DNA of 63,998 nt, counting the filler, from Ionaspis alba (Eukaryota): NCBI GenBank assembly GCA_964255285.1. It is 9 parts of 9 records of this genome, joined end to end, with 100 filler letters (N's around TTAATTAATTAA, not from the genome) between each part and the next. Parts side by side here need not be neighbours in the genome. Positions count along the whole stretch, not along the records: positions 58,226 to 63,998 come from CAXUUL010000983.1; 8 more parts are not named here. One strand, 5' to 3'. Positions 63,079-63,998 of this stretch are shown here, one piece after another; position 1 is the first letter of the stretch, and each line of letters begins with the position of its first letter. A program made the position numbers and the translations under genes. The notes under the pieces are model-generated. The model ran no database searches and was not told where the DNA came from. It saw only the letters and a program-made list of their open reading frames with translations.

Positions 63079-63998
63079 CTAAGCCCAGCACCAAAACACA
63101 GCCATAACAACCATCAAACTCGACCCCGCAAAAGCTGCCAACCCACTCGCCGACGAGCTCTGCGGCACATTCCCCGTCGCCGAGCCACCCAGATACCAGC
63201 TCCCAATATCAGTGAGCTTACCATCCTGCGTCAACATCGCGGCATTAGGTCCCACATTCGAGACATCGCTTCTAAACGAGCCAAAGTAGGAATACCTCTC
63301 CACATATCTGAGCCTTCATATTAGTGCCACGACCAAAATTCACCACTCAAGAAGAAAGGGGGAAAAAACTCACGGCAACCGATCAAAATACTCCGCGCTA
63401 ATGTTATAAAACGCCTGACTCTGCGCCAAATCCACCCCCGCCGCCGCATACTCCGTCACCCAAACCGTCATATTGGGATACGTCCCCCTCACCTGACCCA
63501 AATGACTCGCCAACCCCTCGAAATTGCCATACCAGTGCACGGGGATGAAATCGACGCTGCAGCCACCATCGCACGCTTTAAAGAAATTCGCCAACCAGGT
63601 AAATCCCGTGGTCGCGCCCGTGACCGCCGGAGCGCCGAGTTTAATCCCGAGCTTCTTGAGGGGTTCGATCTCGCGCTTCCAGATCTGGGCGGCGGTTTCG
63701 GAGGGGATGGTGGATCCGCCGGTGGAGGAGGAGCCGTCGGGTTCGTTGAAGGTGAGCACGTGCGTGATGTTTGCGCCGTCTTTTTTTTGCTGCGTCACGC
63801 TGTCCAGGAAGGTGGTGTCGGTGGTGCTGGGGGGCGCGCCCCAGAGCATGGGGACGAATTGGAAGTTTGGGGCCGATTTGAAGGAGGCGGAGGGGGTGAA
63901 GCCGTAGTTGTAGTACCAGGTTAGGTCTGAGGTTACGGAGTCCCAGATTGTGTCGTCTGAGCTGTGTTTGGAGGGGATGTAGACGAGACCGCGTTTGG
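63079..63998 (-). CDS. Glycoside hydrolase family 128 (Asl1-like beta-1,3-glucanase), probably GPI-anchored; 5' end beyond window
   Basis: Motifs are KRGLVY, WYYNY, FVPMLWG, LTFNEPD, DFIPVHWYG, WVTEY and VERYSYFG. The C-terminus is hydrophobic and there is one intron near 63310-63372. Confidence 0.9.

Noticed and set aside
1..63998. CRISPR arrays, rRNA, snRNA, TPP riboswitch, secondary-metabolite cluster
   Set aside because: No repeat-spacer arrays or diagnostic motifs were found by eye. A covariance-model (Rfam) scan would be needed to exclude small ncRNAs.

Overview
This is eukaryotic DNA from a filamentous ascomycete (Pezizomycotina), with short GT-AG introns and typical fungal housekeeping genes. 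It is not one continuous locus. Nine unrelated scaffolds are joined by artificial N-TTAATTAATTAA-N linkers, and the seven complete ones decrease in size (~7230 to ~7120 bp), so neighbourhood across a linker means nothing. Recognisable genes are RRP9 (partial), PRE1, an Eis1-family protein, a DUF1752 protein, a D-arabinitol-2-dehydrogenase-like SDR, IST3/RBMX2, a MARVEL protein, an inositol 5-phosphatase, a metallophosphoesterase, AreB/ASD-4, a DHX30/36-like helicase, a mucin-like wall protein, UreG, Pex14/17, Ies2, a RED-like protein, Hif1/NASP, Dpb2 and a GH128 glucanase. There are two intron-containing tRNAs (Gly-TCC, Ala-CGC). Most notable: (1) a HET-domain gene disrupted by a 171-bp CAC-terminated MITE with 38-bp TIRs and a 5-bp GC-rich target duplication (Transib/CMC-like), whose removal restores the reading frame; (2) a divergent pair of hydrophilin/LEA-like genes around an AGGGG-rich promoter; (3) a tRNA-Gly whose intron is a tandem triplication of its own anticodon loop; (4) a multi-isoform areB structure with a possible non-AUG start.
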